Of a stretch of DNA of 64,000 nucleotides, positions 31,731 to 42,900 are shown piece after piece. How positions within the stretch are numbered: the stretch's first letter is position 1; every line of letters starts with the position of its first letter. The position numbers and the translations under genes were made by a program. Source of the stretch: Gemmatimonadaceae bacterium (GTDB lineage: Bacteria; Gemmatimonadota; Gemmatimonadetes; Gemmatimonadales; Gemmatimonadaceae); NCBI GenBank assembly GCA_035444005.1, contig DAOMNV010000007.1, positions 11,604 to 75,603 of the forward strand. Direction: 5' to 3'. A model generated the notes under the pieces. That model saw only the letters and a program-made list of their open reading frames with translations. It searched no databases and had not been told where the DNA came from.

Positions 31731-32140
31731 GATTCTTCCTTGACGCATGCATTTCGCAGCGCATTGCGCACAGCTTGGCGCTCGCCGCGGAGGGTAACGG
31801 GCAGACAGTCAAGCACCTGACGGACCTCTTTGAGCCCAACACTCCCGACGTCGAGTGGATTCGCGCTTTGAAACAGGAAGGCGATTGGATAATCATCTCT
31901 GCCGACCCCAGAATCACTCGCAACAGAATCGAGCACGCTGCGTGGCAAGAGAGTGGCCTCACGGCCTTCTTTCTAGTTGACTTCTCTCGCCGCAAGTTCT
32001 GGGATCAGCTCCACGAGCTCGTCTCTCGTTGGCCCGATATCGTAATCGCGGCGAGGGAAGGTGCGCCGGGCTCTGGGTATTTGATAAAGCCGAGACAGAA
32101 GAGCTTTCCGACAATTTTTGAACCAGCCACAGATCAGTAG
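31727..32140 (+). CDS. DUF5615 (Mut7-C/PIN-like RNase) protein, putative toxin-like partner of DUF433
   Basis: MRFFLDACIS...GDWIIISADPRITRN... DUF433 and DUF5615 are a widely co-occurring pair. Confidence 0.6.
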   Translation: MRFFLDACISQRIAHSLALAAEGNGQTVKHLTDLFEPNTPDVEWIRALKQEGDWIIISADPRITRNRIEHAAWQESGLTAFFLVDFSRRKFWDQLHELVSRWPDIVIAAREGAPGSGYLIKPRQKSFPTIFEPATDQ

Positions 32141-32267
32141 CGAGAGCGAATTGGGCGCGCCGCCGTATGACGCAGCTTGTTGCCGACGATGGATCTTGCT
32201 CCAGTTCGGTTGACATCTCTACCTAACACGGATCGCGGAGGAATCCATCGTTTGAGGTGGGAGAGTC

Positions 32268-32948
32268 TTGCAGTCTACCCGTCTTGTACGCCTGACCCAC
32301 CAAGTGTCAAATGCTGCTCTCGTCTCGACATTGGCATTCGCAAGCAACGACAACATCTCGCTTATGGATTCCCCCGAACGCCAATCCGTCCGCAGAGCGC
32401 TCGACGCACTCAAGCCATTTCTCGAGGCCTTCCTGCACAAGCAGGGCGTCAGGCCAGCGCCCGCGATCGGCGGCCACGCAGGTTCCACGCCAGACATTCA
32501 GGCCCTACTCAGAGCTTGCCTCCACGCTTGGGACGCGGTCCTCCAGCACCAGCTCCCCCGCGTCGCCCGCACATACATCCACGAGATCCTCGACGTCCGC
32601 AACCGCTGGGCCCACGAGGCACCCTTCACCGCTGCCGAGGCGGCTCGCGCCGCAGACACGGCCAGAGTCTTCGCCGTGCTCATCGGCGCCCCCGAGCAGC
32701 CGGCCACCATCCCTGCTACCGCCCCTGCCCCGCGGCCAGCACCCGGCAAACGCCGCGAATCCCAGCGCGAGATCATGGCCCGCATCTTCGTCGCTGCCGG
32801 CCGCGACGAAGAGCGAGCTATCCGCGAGTACGCGGCTGCCGAGCTCCGGGGTGAAGTGGTACGCAAGAGCAACAAGCACGGCCTGGATGCAGAGTCCTAC
32901 GCGCGAGCACTGCTCAATGACGGCCTGAAGAAGGGCTGGCTGCCATAG
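32268..32948 (+). CDS. HEPN-domain (Rx4H) protein, Swt1-like (start uncertain; ATG at 32364 also possible)
   Basis: The motif ILDVRNRWAHEAPF contains R-x4-H, the HEPN catalytic signature. No adjacent minimal nucleotidyltransferase partner is present. Confidence 0.45.
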   Translation: MQSTRLVRLTHQVSNAALVSTLAFASNDNISLMDSPERQSVRRALDALKPFLEAFLHKQGVRPAPAIGGHAGSTPDIQALLRACLHAWDAVLQHQLPRVARTYIHEILDVRNRWAHEAPFTAAEAARAADTARVFAVLIGAPEQPATIPATAPAPRPAPGKRRESQREIMARIFVAAGRDEERAIREYAAAELRGEVVRKSNKHGLDAESYARALLNDGLKKGWLP

Positions 32949-33021
32949 GCCTAGGACACATCGCGCTTGTCAGACCCCGGGGGTAAGTTCCGCGAGACTT
33001 CAACCGACCGACTCGCCCTCT

Positions 33022-35739
33022 ATGGAAAGCCTCGACTCGACGCGCCCCGAGACCTACCTCCTGCTCTGGAATCCCGGGCTCTTCCCTTGGGATAATCACC
33101 GCGAGGTGGCGGCTTCCGTAACCGCGGGCAAGTCCCAAACCCTCGAATGGTCTACGGGCGCGCGGAAGCAGATGCCCGTTGGGTCTCACGTGCTGCTCAC
33201 GCGGGTCGGACGCGACCAGCCCGGGGTCGTGCTCAGCGGCACGACAGTCGCTCCGGTCGAGACTCGTGCGCACTTTGATCCTGCCCGAGCGACGGCTGGT
33301 GACACCGCGAACTATGTGAAGTTCCGCGTGGACCTTATGGTGGATGTGGCCGAGCGGGCACCGCTTGACCTCCGTGACCGCTTCGACCAAGCATTTCGCT
33401 CGTACAATTGGACGCCGCAGGCCTCGGGTATCGTCGTGCCTGATGAGATTGCTTCGCGCGCGCTGACGGTCTGGCGTGCGTACGTGACTGCTCCGCCAGC
33501 TGCTGGGCCTGCCTTCGGGCGCCTGCGCACCGCGCCACGGGTTTACGCTGCGGTTGACGCCTGGCGCGAACGCTGCCTGCTGAAGGACGGCTCAGCCCTA
33601 TCGGACGGCAGTGTGTGGACTACCGACAACGTCACTGCGCTCATCACGCACTTCGTGGACAAGCCCGATGAAGGCGACCGATCGTTCCTGCTGAAGTTAC
33701 AGGATCAGCTGGCATCGGCTCCGAAGGGGGCCAGCCAACTCGCGGCCGAGATGCTCTGGCTGATGATGCTGTTCCCTGATCGCATCGGCGGCGACTCCAA
33801 GCGTACGCTGGTGCAGACCGTGTGGGATTGGTCAGGTGCAAAGCTGCCCGACGGGCACCCGCTTCTCGCCGGCCTGGACGAAGGCATCGGCAGCACGGGC
33901 ACCGCCTACAACACGAGGCGGCCGTTCGAGCTTATGCTCTTGGTCCGCTTCGCTGCTGCGTGGAAGGGCCTTCCGATGCAGGAGCAGCAAGCGCTGCTCG
34001 CGGAGCCGATGGCGTTCGCCGAGTGGTTCGATCGGCTCCCGGAGGTGGATGGCAAGCAGATTCGACACATCCTGCTGCACCTGCTCTTCCCTGAGTATTT
34101 CCCTCGCGTGGGATCACGCGGACACAAGCGGCAGATTGACGACGCCTTTCGCTATTTGCTCTCGCCGGAGGAGCTTGAAACGGCGCCGACCGATTCTCCG
34201 CTCGACCGCGACCGCCGAATCCTAATGATCGGGCGTCGGCTCAATGCGGCCTACCCCGATCTCGCGCCAGTCGACTTCTACTCGAGCCAGCCAGTGCGCC
34301 AGGAATGGATGCCGCTTCCGCGTGCCGTCAAGGAAGACCCACTCGTTCCATATGTCCCGACTCCTGCCGAGCAAGAATCCGCATCCGAAAGCCGAACGTG
34401 GGTGATCGCAGCCGGTGAAGGCGCTCGGCTGCTCAGTACCTTCCTTGAACGCAACATCATCGCCATCGGCTGGGAAGAGTTGGGCGACTTGCGTGAATAC
34501 GCGACACAGTCGGCTCTGACCAAGGCGATTAGGAAGGCCTACGGGCGGGCCAATCCCACCAACGACGCGCTGTGCTGCTACCAGTTCTGCCGGGAGATGG
34601 CAGATGGTGACCGCGTGTACATCAAGCAGGGGCGCTCGCGGATCCTCGCGTCAGGCATCGTGAAGGGCGAGTATCGGCACGACCCCTCGCTCGCGGAGTA
34701 CCCCAACGTCCGGAGCATCCAGTGGGAGCAGCGCGGAAACTGGGCCCTCCCCGCTGGCGTGCTTCTTCCGACCAAGACGCTCACCGACGTCACGAACGTC
34801 GAGTCCTTCAACGATTGGGTTGAGGCGAACGTGCTGCAGGAGGACACGCCCGCGCCAGTCTTGGTGCCCTACTCCGTGGCGAACCTGCTCACCGAGGTGT
34901 TCTGGGACGAGGAGACCATTCGCGACCTGCTCGGCAGTCTGCGACGTCGGCGGAATCTCATCCTTCAGGGCCCGCCCGGGGTCGGCAAGACATATCTCGC
35001 TCGCCGTTTGGCCTATGCGCTCATCGGCACCAAGCGTCCTGAAGCGGTCCAGCTGGTCCAGTTCCACCAAAGCTACTCGTATGAGGACTTCATCCAGGGT
35101 TGGCGCCCGAGCGAAGGCGGCGGCTTCGCGCTTCGCAATGGCGTCTTCTACGAGTTCTGCCAGAAGGCACAAGCAGAGCCAGCCCGCGACTACGTCTTCA
35201 TCATTGATGAAGTGAACCGAGGGAATCTCAGCAAGATCTTCGGCGAACTCCTGATGCTCATCGAAGCAGACAAGCGCGGTCCAGAGTTCGCGATCCCCCT
35301 CACATACTCGGAGTCCGGCACGGACACGTACTTCATCCCGAAGAACGTGTACCTGCTCGGGATGATGAACACGGCGGACCGGTCGCTGGCTATGGTGGAC
35401 TTTGCGTTGCGGCGGCGGTTCGCCTTCCGCACGCTCCGGCCCGCCCTCGGGTCACCGGGCTTCCGCGCTACCCTCGCCGAAAAGGGTGTCGAGGACGCCG
35501 TCATCAACCGCATCATCGACCGCATCGAGCGGGTGAATGCAATGATCGAGGAAGATCACAAGAACCTTGGCGCTGGCTTCCTCATCGGCCACAGCTTCTT
35601 CTGCCCCACAGACGCGGTGACGGACGCAGACGCGTGGTACGGCGCCGTCGTCCGCGACGAGATCCTTCCCCTGCTCCAGGAGTACTGGTTCGACAACGCG
35701 AAGGCGCTGGACGAATCCCGAAGCATCTTGGAGGGGTGA
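33022..35739 (+). CDS. mcrB: McrB-family AAA+ GTPase restriction subunit with about 600-aa N-terminal extension containing EVE/PUA-like modified-base-reader domain(s)
   Basis: The C-terminal region has McrB signatures (LILQGPPGVGKTY; FHQSYSYEDFIQGW; FIIDEVNRGNLSKIFGELL; LGMMNTADRSLAMVDFALRRRF). The N-terminus (YLLLWNPGLFPWD...) is EVE/PUA-like, and a second reader-like module lies at about aa 430-580. Confidence 0.8.
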   Translation: MESLDSTRPETYLLLWNPGLFPWDNHREVAASVTAGKSQTLEWSTGARKQMPVGSHVLLTRVGRDQPGVVLSGTTVAPVETRAHFDPARATAGDTANYVKFRVDLMVDVAERAPLDLRDRFDQAFRSYNWTPQASGIVVPDEIASRALTVWRAYVTAPPAAGPAFGRLRTAPRVYAAVDAWRERCLLKDGSALSDGSVWTTDNVTALITHFVDKPDEGDRSFLLKLQDQLASAPKGASQLAAEMLWLMMLFPDRIGGDSKRTLVQTVWDWSGAKLPDGHPLLAGLDEGIGSTGTAYNTRRPFELMLLVRFAAAWKGLPMQEQQALLAEPMAFAEWFDRLPEVDGKQIRHILLHLLFPEYFPRVGSRGHKRQIDDAFRYLLSPEELETAPTDSPLDRDRRILMIGRRLNAAYPDLAPVDFYSSQPVRQEWMPLPRAVKEDPLVPYVPTPAEQESASESRTWVIAAGEGARLLSTFLERNIIAIGWEELGDLREYATQSALTKAIRKAYGRANPTNDALCCYQFCREMADGDRVYIKQGRSRILASGIVKGEYRHDPSLAEYPNVRSIQWEQRGNWALPAGVLLPTKTLTDVTNVESFNDWVEANVLQEDTPAPVLVPYSVANLLTEVFWDEETIRDLLGSLRRRRNLILQGPPGVGKTYLARRLAYALIGTKRPEAVQLVQFHQSYSYEDFIQGWRPSEGGGFALRNGVFYEFCQKAQAEPARDYVFIIDEVNRGNLSKIFGELLMLIEADKRGPEFAIPLTYSESGTDTYFIPKNVYLLGMMNTADRSLAMVDFALRRRFAFRTLRPALGSPGFRATLAEKGVEDAVINRIIDRIERVNAMIEEDHKNLGAGFLIGHSFFCPTDAVTDADAWYGAVVRDEILPLLQEYWFDNAKALDESRSILEG

Positions 35740-35743
35740 CCGG

Positions 35744-36796
35744 ATGGCCCAGGCCATTCCTGTCGATAACATCTACTACCTGCTTGCCTACGCGTGGGAC
35801 CGGCTCGACGAGGCCGACCTCGCTGAGGTGAGCGCGCTGTCGGCACATAGTCTGGTGGAGCTGTTCGCGAGGGTGCTGCGGACCGGCGTTTCCCACCTCC
35901 TGCTCCGCGGACTCGACAGGTCGTACGTCGTGGAGACCGAGGAGCTCGCCGGAGTACGCGGCCGCATCGAGCTTGCCGCCTCCCTCCAGCACCTCTCGTT
36001 CCCGCAGGGCCGCGCCGTCTGCTCGTACGACGAGCTTTCCATAGATACGCCCGCCAACCGCGTTATCAAGACGACGCTGCGGCGGCTTGCCGCCGAGCCG
36101 AGTCTCAGCGCCAGCGATGCGGAGTCACTGCGGGAGCTCTACCGGCGCCTTCCTGGCGTCGCGACTGTGGCGTTGAGCGACAGCTCGTTCCGCCGTGTGA
36201 ACGTCACGGTCAACCGCAGCCAGTACGGGTTCCTGCTCGATGTCTGCACACTCATCCATCGCAACCTGTTGATGGACGAAGCTGCCGGTGAGTTCGTGTT
36301 TCGCGATTTCACGCGAGACAATCAGCAAATGGCACGGCTATTCGAGAGCTTCCTGCGTCGGTTTTACGAGCGGGAACAGGATGCGTTCAAGGTCGCGGCA
36401 CCGAAGTTGTACTGGGACGCCGAAGGCCCCGCCGCCAGCCTGTCCTTTCTGCCGGAGATGCGCACGGACCTTGTGCTCCGGGCACCTGGGCGAACGCTCG
36501 TGATTGACGCGAAGTACTACTCCGAGGCATTGAGCCGCTACTACGACAAAGACACGATCCGGCCGGACCACTTGTACCAGATGTCTGCCTACCTGAGGCA
36601 CATCACACCGGACCTTCCGGCGGCTGCGGTCGGAGGGATGCTGCTGTACCCGAGGACGACGGAGTCGCGGTGTCTCGACTTCTCGGTCCACGGCCACCCG
36701 TTCAGAGTCGCGACGGTAAACCTTGCGCAGCATTGGAAGGCGCTGCACGAGGAGTTGCTGGGCCTCGTCCGAGGCCTCTCCCCCGTGGCTGCCTAA
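35744..36796 (+). CDS. mcrC: McrC restriction endonuclease subunit
   Basis: 350 aa immediately downstream of mcr[22 protein letters not shown]... is an McrC-like N-terminus, and a PD-(D/E)xK region is present (LVIDAKYY). Confidence 0.75.
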   Translation: MAQAIPVDNIYYLLAYAWDRLDEADLAEVSALSAHSLVELFARVLRTGVSHLLLRGLDRSYVVETEELAGVRGRIELAASLQHLSFPQGRAVCSYDELSIDTPANRVIKTTLRRLAAEPSLSASDAESLRELYRRLPGVATVALSDSSFRRVNVTVNRSQYGFLLDVCTLIHRNLLMDEAAGEFVFRDFTRDNQQMARLFESFLRRFYEREQDAFKVAAPKLYWDAEGPAASLSFLPEMRTDLVLRAPGRTLVIDAKYYSEALSRYYDKDTIRPDHLYQMSAYLRHITPDLPAAAVGGMLLYPRTTESRCLDFSVHGHPFRVATVNLAQHWKALHEELLGLVRGLSPVAA

Positions 36797-36873
36797 GGGC
36801 TATCTTCGAGAATCTCCCCATAGGCTTGCTGGCCGAGCCTCAGGACACACGAGCCCCCCGACCTCGCGCGATT

Positions 36874-38616
36874 TTGGCAGACACCAACCTCTCCGCCCTC
36901 CTCTGGTCCGTCGCCGATCTTCTCCGCGGCGACTACAAGCAGTCCGAATACGGCAAGGTCATCCTCCCCTTCACCGTCCTCCGCCGCCTCGACTGCGTGC
37001 TGGAGCCCACCAAGCCGGCGGTCCTAAAGGAGTACGTGAGGCGACAGAAGTCCGGCCTCGACCCCGACGCCTTCTGCAAGAAGGTCGCGGGCCTCGACTT
37101 CTACAACACCTCTCCACTCGACCTCAACAGGCTCATCGGCGACCAAGACAACATCGGTCCGAACCTCGTCGCGTACACTCAAGGCTTCTCCCCCGCCGTG
37201 CGCGACATCTTCGATCAGTTCGACTTCCACACGCAGATCGACCGGCTGACCAAGGCCAGACTGCTTTATCTGGTGACGGAGAAGTTCGCCGGCGTTGACC
37301 TGCACCCTGAGACGGTGAGCAACGCCGATATGGGCCTCGTCTTCGAGGAACTCATCCGGCGCTTCGCCGAACTCTCCAACGAGACGGCCGGTGAGCACTT
37401 CACGCCGCGCGAGGTCATCCGGCTGATGGTGAACCTCATCTTTACCGAGGACGGCGATGTCCTCGCGAAGCCAGGCGTAGTACGCCAGCTGTATGACCCG
37501 ACAGCGGGCACGGGCGGGATGCTGAGCGTAGCCGAGGAGCACCTGAAGGTGATGAACCCGAAGGCTCGGCTCGTGATGCACGGGCAGGAGCTCAACCCCG
37601 AGTCCTACGCCATCTGTAAGGCGGATATGCTCATCAAGGGGCAGGACATCGGGAACATCATCCTCGGCAACACGCTCTCCGAGGACGGGCACCGCGGCCA
37701 GCGCTTCGACTATATGCTCTCCAACCCGCCCTTCGGCGTGGAGTGGAAGAAGGTCGAGAAGGAGGTGCGCCGCGAGCACGAACAGCAGGGCTTCGACGGG
37801 CGCTTCGGGCCGGGACTCCCGCGCGTGAGCGACGGCTCAATGCTCTTTCTGCTGCACCTGCTCTCGAAGATGCGCCCCGCGAAGGACGGCGGCAGCCGCT
37901 TTGCAATCGTGCTCAACGGCTCCCCACTCTTCACGGGCGGCGCGGGCTCAGGCGAGAGCGAGATCCGGCGCTACGTCCTCGAGAACGACCTCCTCGAGGC
38001 GATCGTGGGGCTCCCGACCGACATGTTCTACAACACGGGGATCGCGACCTACATCTGGGTGGTGAGCAACCGGAAGCCGGCGGACCGGAAGGGGAAGGTC
38101 CAGCTCATCGACGCCAGCGCGATGTGGCAGAAGATACGGAAGTCGCTGGGCTCCAAGCGGCGCGAGATGGCCGAGTCGCACATCGAGGATGTCACGAAGC
38201 TCTTCGGGGACGCCGAGGAGGTGACGCGCGATGGCGTGCCCATCAGCCGCATCTTCCGGAACGAGGAGTTCGGCTACCGGACCATCACGGTCGAGCGACC
38301 GCAGCGGGACGAGGCCGGCAACGTCGTGCTCGGCACCAAGGGCAAGCTCAAGGGGAAGCCGGTCGCCGACCCAGCCTTGCGCGACACGGAGAATGTGCCG
38401 CTCACCGAGGCGGTGGAGGCGTACTTCGAGCGCGAGGTGAAGCCGCACGCGCCGGATGCTTGGATCGACGAAGAGAAGACCAAGGTCGGGTATGAGATCC
38501 CGTTCAACCGGCACTTCTATGTCTTCAAGCCGCCGCGCTCGTTGGAGGAGATTGACGCGGAGCTGAAGGAGGTGTCAGGGCGGATTGTGGCGATGCTAGG
38601 AGATCTTCACACGTGA
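36874..38616 (+). CDS. hsdM: type I restriction-modification system methyltransferase subunit HsdM
   Basis: HsdM N-domain ([41 protein letters not shown]). N6-adenine methyltransferase motif NPPF ([10 protein letters not shown]). The start is set at TTG 36874; the six-frame track ORF extends into mcrC. Confidence 0.85.
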   Translation: MADTNLSALLWSVADLLRGDYKQSEYGKVILPFTVLRRLDCVLEPTKPAVLKEYVRRQKSGLDPDAFCKKVAGLDFYNTSPLDLNRLIGDQDNIGPNLVAYTQGFSPAVRDIFDQFDFHTQIDRLTKARLLYLVTEKFAGVDLHPETVSNADMGLVFEELIRRFAELSNETAGEHFTPREVIRLMVNLIFTEDGDVLAKPGVVRQLYDPTAGTGGMLSVAEEHLKVMNPKARLVMHGQELNPESYAICKADMLIKGQDIGNIILGNTLSEDGHRGQRFDYMLSNPPFGVEWKKVEKEVRREHEQQGFDGRFGPGLPRVSDGSMLFLLHLLSKMRPAKDGGSRFAIVLNGSPLFTGGAGSGESEIRRYVLENDLLEAIVGLPTDMFYNTGIATYIWVVSNRKPADRKGKVQLIDASAMWQKIRKSLGSKRREMAESHIEDVTKLFGDAEEVTRDGVPISRIFRNEEFGYRTITVERPQRDEAGNVVLGTKGKLKGKPVADPALRDTENVPLTEAVEAYFEREVKPHAPDAWIDEEKTKVGYEIPFNRHFYVFKPPRSLEEIDAELKEVSGRIVAMLGDLHT

Positions 38617-39926
38617 GTCTTCGAAAATACCCAGGTCTGAAGCAGACCGGCATTCCTTGGTTCCCAGCTGCACCTGATTCGTGGCGTGTTCTGCCGCTAT
38701 TCGCGTGTGCAGCCGAGAAATATCAGAGCAACCTGGGCTCGGTCAATGCTAATCTGCTTTCCCTGAGTTACGGCAACATTGTTCGAAAAGACATAAACTC
38801 AAATGACGGGCTTCTTCCCGAATCATTCGAGACATATCAGGTCGTTGATCCAGGTGACATCATTCTGCGTCTTACCGATATGCAGAATGACCAACGCAGC
38901 CTTCGTTCTGGAATTGTGCGTGAGCGGGGGATCATTACTTCAGCCTACCTAAACCTTCAGCCCACGGCCCTCGAATCGGAGTACCTTGCCTACCAGATTC
39001 GTGCGATCGATACATGCAAGGTCATGTATTCAATGGGAGGAGGATTACGCCAGTCCATCAAGTATTCAGACCTGAAGCAACTCCCGCTGATAGCTCCTCC
39101 CTTGCAGGAGCAGAAGTTGATTGCCCGGTTTCTCGACCGCGAGACTGCCAAGATCGACGCCCTCATCACCGAGCAGGAGCGGCTGATTGCGCTGCTGCAG
39201 GAGAAGCGGCAGGCCGTCATCTCGCACGCGGTGACCAAGGGACTGGACCCGAACGTGCCGATGAAGGACTCGGGGGTTCAGTGGATGGGCAGGATCCCGG
39301 CGCACTGGAGCGTTACATCGACTCGTCGCTTGGCGAGTGCAATCCTTACTGGGCGCACTCCTAGCACCGGAGCTCCCGCTGAGTGCGACGCAGGGAGCAC
39401 CATCCCGTGGTATACCCCTGGTGACTTTACCGGCTCACTAATGCTAGACCAGTCAGTACGGTGTATATCGGAAGCAACCCTTGAGGCCAACGAGGTTCCG
39501 AGCTTTCCCGCCGGCTCCGTGCTGCTCGTGGCAATCGGTGCAACGCTTGGTAAGCTCGCTGTAGCCAGGCGGACTTGCTCCGCAAACCAACAAGTCAACG
39601 CCATCGTGCCCGCGTCCGGCACCAACGGGCGGTATGTCGCTTTCGCTCTAGATGCTCAGAAAGAGCAGATCGTCGCGCAAGCCGCGGCCTCGACACTGCC
39701 GATTCTAAACCAAGAGAAGACAGCTTCACTGCTTGTGGCGCTCCCGCCTGCTCTGGAGCAGGACGCAATCGTGGCCTTACTTGATGAGCAACTGACCGCC
39801 CACGAGGCAGTCCTGCAGGGCTGCGAACGCTCAATCAACTTACTCTTCGAACGCCGCACCGCCCTCATCACCGCCGCCGTGACCGGCCAGATCGACGTCC
39901 GCGGCCTTGTCGAGACCGCCGCCTGA
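38613..39926 (+). CDS. hsdS: type I restriction-modification specificity subunit HsdS (two target-recognition domains)
   Basis: 437 aa with GTG start overlapping the hsdM stop. Two TRD halves are separated by conserved central and C-terminal helices ([40 protein letters not shown]). Confidence 0.8.
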   Translation: MSLRKYPGLKQTGIPWFPAAPDSWRVLPLFACAAEKYQSNLGSVNANLLSLSYGNIVRKDINSNDGLLPESFETYQVVDPGDIILRLTDMQNDQRSLRSGIVRERGIITSAYLNLQPTALESEYLAYQIRAIDTCKVMYSMGGGLRQSIKYSDLKQLPLIAPPLQEQKLIARFLDRETAKIDALITEQERLIALLQEKRQAVISHAVTKGLDPNVPMKDSGVQWMGRIPAHWSVTSTRRLASAILTGRTPSTGAPAECDAGSTIPWYTPGDFTGSLMLDQSVRCISEATLEANEVPSFPAGSVLLVAIGATLGKLAVARRTCSANQQVNAIVPASGTNGRYVAFALDAQKEQIVAQAAASTLPILNQEKTASLLVALPPALEQDAIVALLDEQLTAHEAVLQGCERSINLLFERRTALITAAVTGQIDVRGLVETAA

Positions 39927-42900
39927 TGGCTCTGCACAACGAAATCCGCTTCGAAGACGACATCTGCGAGGCCCTGGCCACCGCCGGCTGGCTCTACCAG
40001 AAGGCCGACGCCGCGCTCTACGACCGCGCCCGCGCCCTCTTCACCCCGGACCTCGTCGCCTGGGTGCGCGAGACGCAGCCGACCGTCTGGGAATCCCTCG
40101 AGAAGAACCACGGCCCCAAGGCCAGCGACACCCTGCTCGACCGCGCCCGCGCCCAACTCGACCAGCGCGGCACGCTCGATGTCCTCCGCCACGGCATCGA
40201 CCTGCTCGGCGCCAAGGGCACCGTCACGCTAGCGCAGTTCAAGCCCGCCATCGGCCTCAACCCCAGCATCCTCGGCCGCTACGCCGCCAACCGCCTCCGC
40301 GTCGTCCGCCAGCTCAAGTACTCGCTCCACAACGAGAACTGCATCGACCTGGTGCTTTTCCTGAACGGCATCCCCGTCGCCACGGTCGAGCTCAAGACGG
40401 ACTTCACGCAGAACATCGACGACGCGGTGGACCAGTACCGCTTCGATCGCGACCCGCGCCCCAAGGGCCAGGCCCCGGAGCCGCTGCTCAGCTTCCCCTC
40501 CGGCGCCCTCGTGCACTTCGCGGTGAGCACACGCGAAGTGCGGATGACAACCAAGCTCGAAGGCGCCACGACGCGCTTCCTGCCCTTCAACCAGGGCGAC
40601 CACGGCGGCAAGGGGAATCCCGTCGCCGCCGACGGCGGCTACCGCACGGGCTATCTCTGGAATGAAGTCTGGGCCCGCGACAGCTGGCTCGAGATCCTCG
40701 GCCGCTACTGCATCGCCCAGCGCGATGAGAAGAAGCAGATCAAGAACGTCATCTTCCCGCGCTATCACCAGCTCGACGTCACCCGCAAGTTGCAGGCGGC
40801 CGTCCGTACCGACGGCCCAGGGGCCAAATACCTCGTCCAGCACTCGGCGGGCTCCGGCAAGACCAACTCGATCGCCTGGACCGCGCACTTCTTCAGCGAG
40901 CTGCACGACGCCGAGGACCACAAGCTGTTCGACACCGTCCTCGTGGTGTCGGACCGCAACGTCATCGACAAGCAGCTGCAGGAAGCCATATTCGACGCCC
41001 AACGCACCAAGGGCGTGGTCGAGACGATCACGGATTCCGACGGCAGCAAGAGCGGCCAGCTCGCGACCGCGCTCAAGGCGGGCAAGAAGATCATTGTCTG
41101 CACCATCCAGACCTTCCCCTTCGCGCTGAAGGCGGTCCGCGAGCTGGCCGCGACGGAGAAGAAGCGCTTTGCGGTGCTCGCCGACGAGGCGCATAGCTCT
41201 CAGACTGGCGAGGCCGCGGCCAAGCTCAAGGCCGTCCTAAGCTCGGAGGAGATTGCGGCCCTTCAGGCCATCGCGCCAGCCGAGGACGGCGGCGAGGTCA
41301 GCACAGAAGACATCCTCGCCGCGCAGATGGCCACCCGCGCGGCTGACACCGGCATCACGTTCGTCGCCTTCACCGCAACGCCCAAGAACAAGACGCTCGA
41401 GCTCTTCGGCACCAAGGCGCCCGGTGACACGGTCCCGCGGCCCTTCCACGTGTATTCGATGCGCCAGGCCATCGAGGAAGGTTTCATTCTCGACGTCCTG
41501 CGCAACTACACGACCTTCGACCTCGCCTTCAAGCTCTCGCAGGCCGGCGAGGAGTTCGACGACCGCGAGGTCGAGCGCTCCAAGGCGATGCGCGGGATTA
41601 TGGGCTGGGTGAAGCTCCACCCGCACAACATCGCGCAGAAGGTGCGGGTGGTCGTCGAGCACTACCGCCAGCACGTCGCCCCCCTGCTCGACGGCCGCGC
41701 CAAGGCGATGGTCGTCGTCGGCAGCCGCAAGGAGGCCGTGCGCTGGAAGCTGGCCATCGACGCCTACATCAAGGAAAAGGGCTACCCGCTCGGCACACTT
41801 GTCGCCTTCTCCGGTGAGGTCGTGGACGAGGAATCAGGCCCCGAGCCCTTCACCGAGACCTCCAAGGATCTCAATCCACACCTCAAGGGCCGCGACATCC
41901 GCGAGGCCTTCAACACGCCGGCGTACCAGATCCTGCTCGTCGCCAACAAGTTCCAGACCGGCTTCGACCAGCCCCTGCTCTGCGGGATGTACGTGGACAA
42001 GCGCCTCGCCGGCATCCAGGCCGTGCAGACGCTCTCGCGCCTCAACCGCGCGTACCCCGGCAAGGACACCACCTATGTGGTGGACTTCGCCAACAACGCA
42101 GAGGATGTGCTCACGGCGTTCAAGACGTACTACGAGACCGCCGAGCTCGCCGCGACGACGGATCCCAACCTCGTGTACGACCTGCGGGCCAAGCTCGACG
42201 CCGCGGGGCACTACGACGACCACGAGATCGAGCGCGTCGTCGAGGTGCTGCTGAACCCCAGGGCCAAGCAGGAGCAGCTCGCGAAGGCGCTGGAGCCCGT
42301 CGCCGACCGCATCCTCAAGCGCTACGCCGCCGCCCGCGCCGACTTCGAGGATGCCACCGTCAGGAAGGACGGCGAGGCAGCCGAGCGGGCCAAGCAGACG
42401 ATGGACGCGCTGGTGCTGTTCAAGGGCGATATGGAAGCGTTCAACCGCCTCTACACCTTCCTCTCGCAGATCTTCGACTACGGCAACACCGCCATCGAGA
42501 AGCGCGGGATGTTTTACAAGCACCTCGTGCGGCTACTGGAGTTCGGCCGCGAGCGCTCCGGCGTGGACCTCTCGAAGGTGGTGCTCACGCACTACAACCT
42601 GAAGGGCGGCAAGAATGCCCCGCTTTCAGTGCGCGAAGGCGATCCGCTGCAGATCGATCCGCTCAGCGAGGCCGGACGCGGCCAGGTGCAGGACAAAGAG
42701 AAGGCGCGGCTGTCCGAGATTATCGAGCGTGTCAATGACCTCTTCGCCGGGGATCTCACCGACGAGGACCGCATTGCATTCGTGGAGCACGTGCGGAGCA
42801 AGCTTCTCGAGTCCGAGAAGCTTCAGGCGCAGGCCGCGAACAACAGCAAAGCACAGTTCAGCGCGTCTCCGGACCTGACCGAGGCTATCACGCACGCGGT

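Noticed and set aside
36670-36873. hsdM start at 36670 as given by the longest ORF
   Set aside because: That start lies inside mcrC, and the first about 68 residues are Arg/Pro-rich noise. The conserved HsdM N-terminus begins at the TTG at 36874 ([21 protein letters not shown]...).
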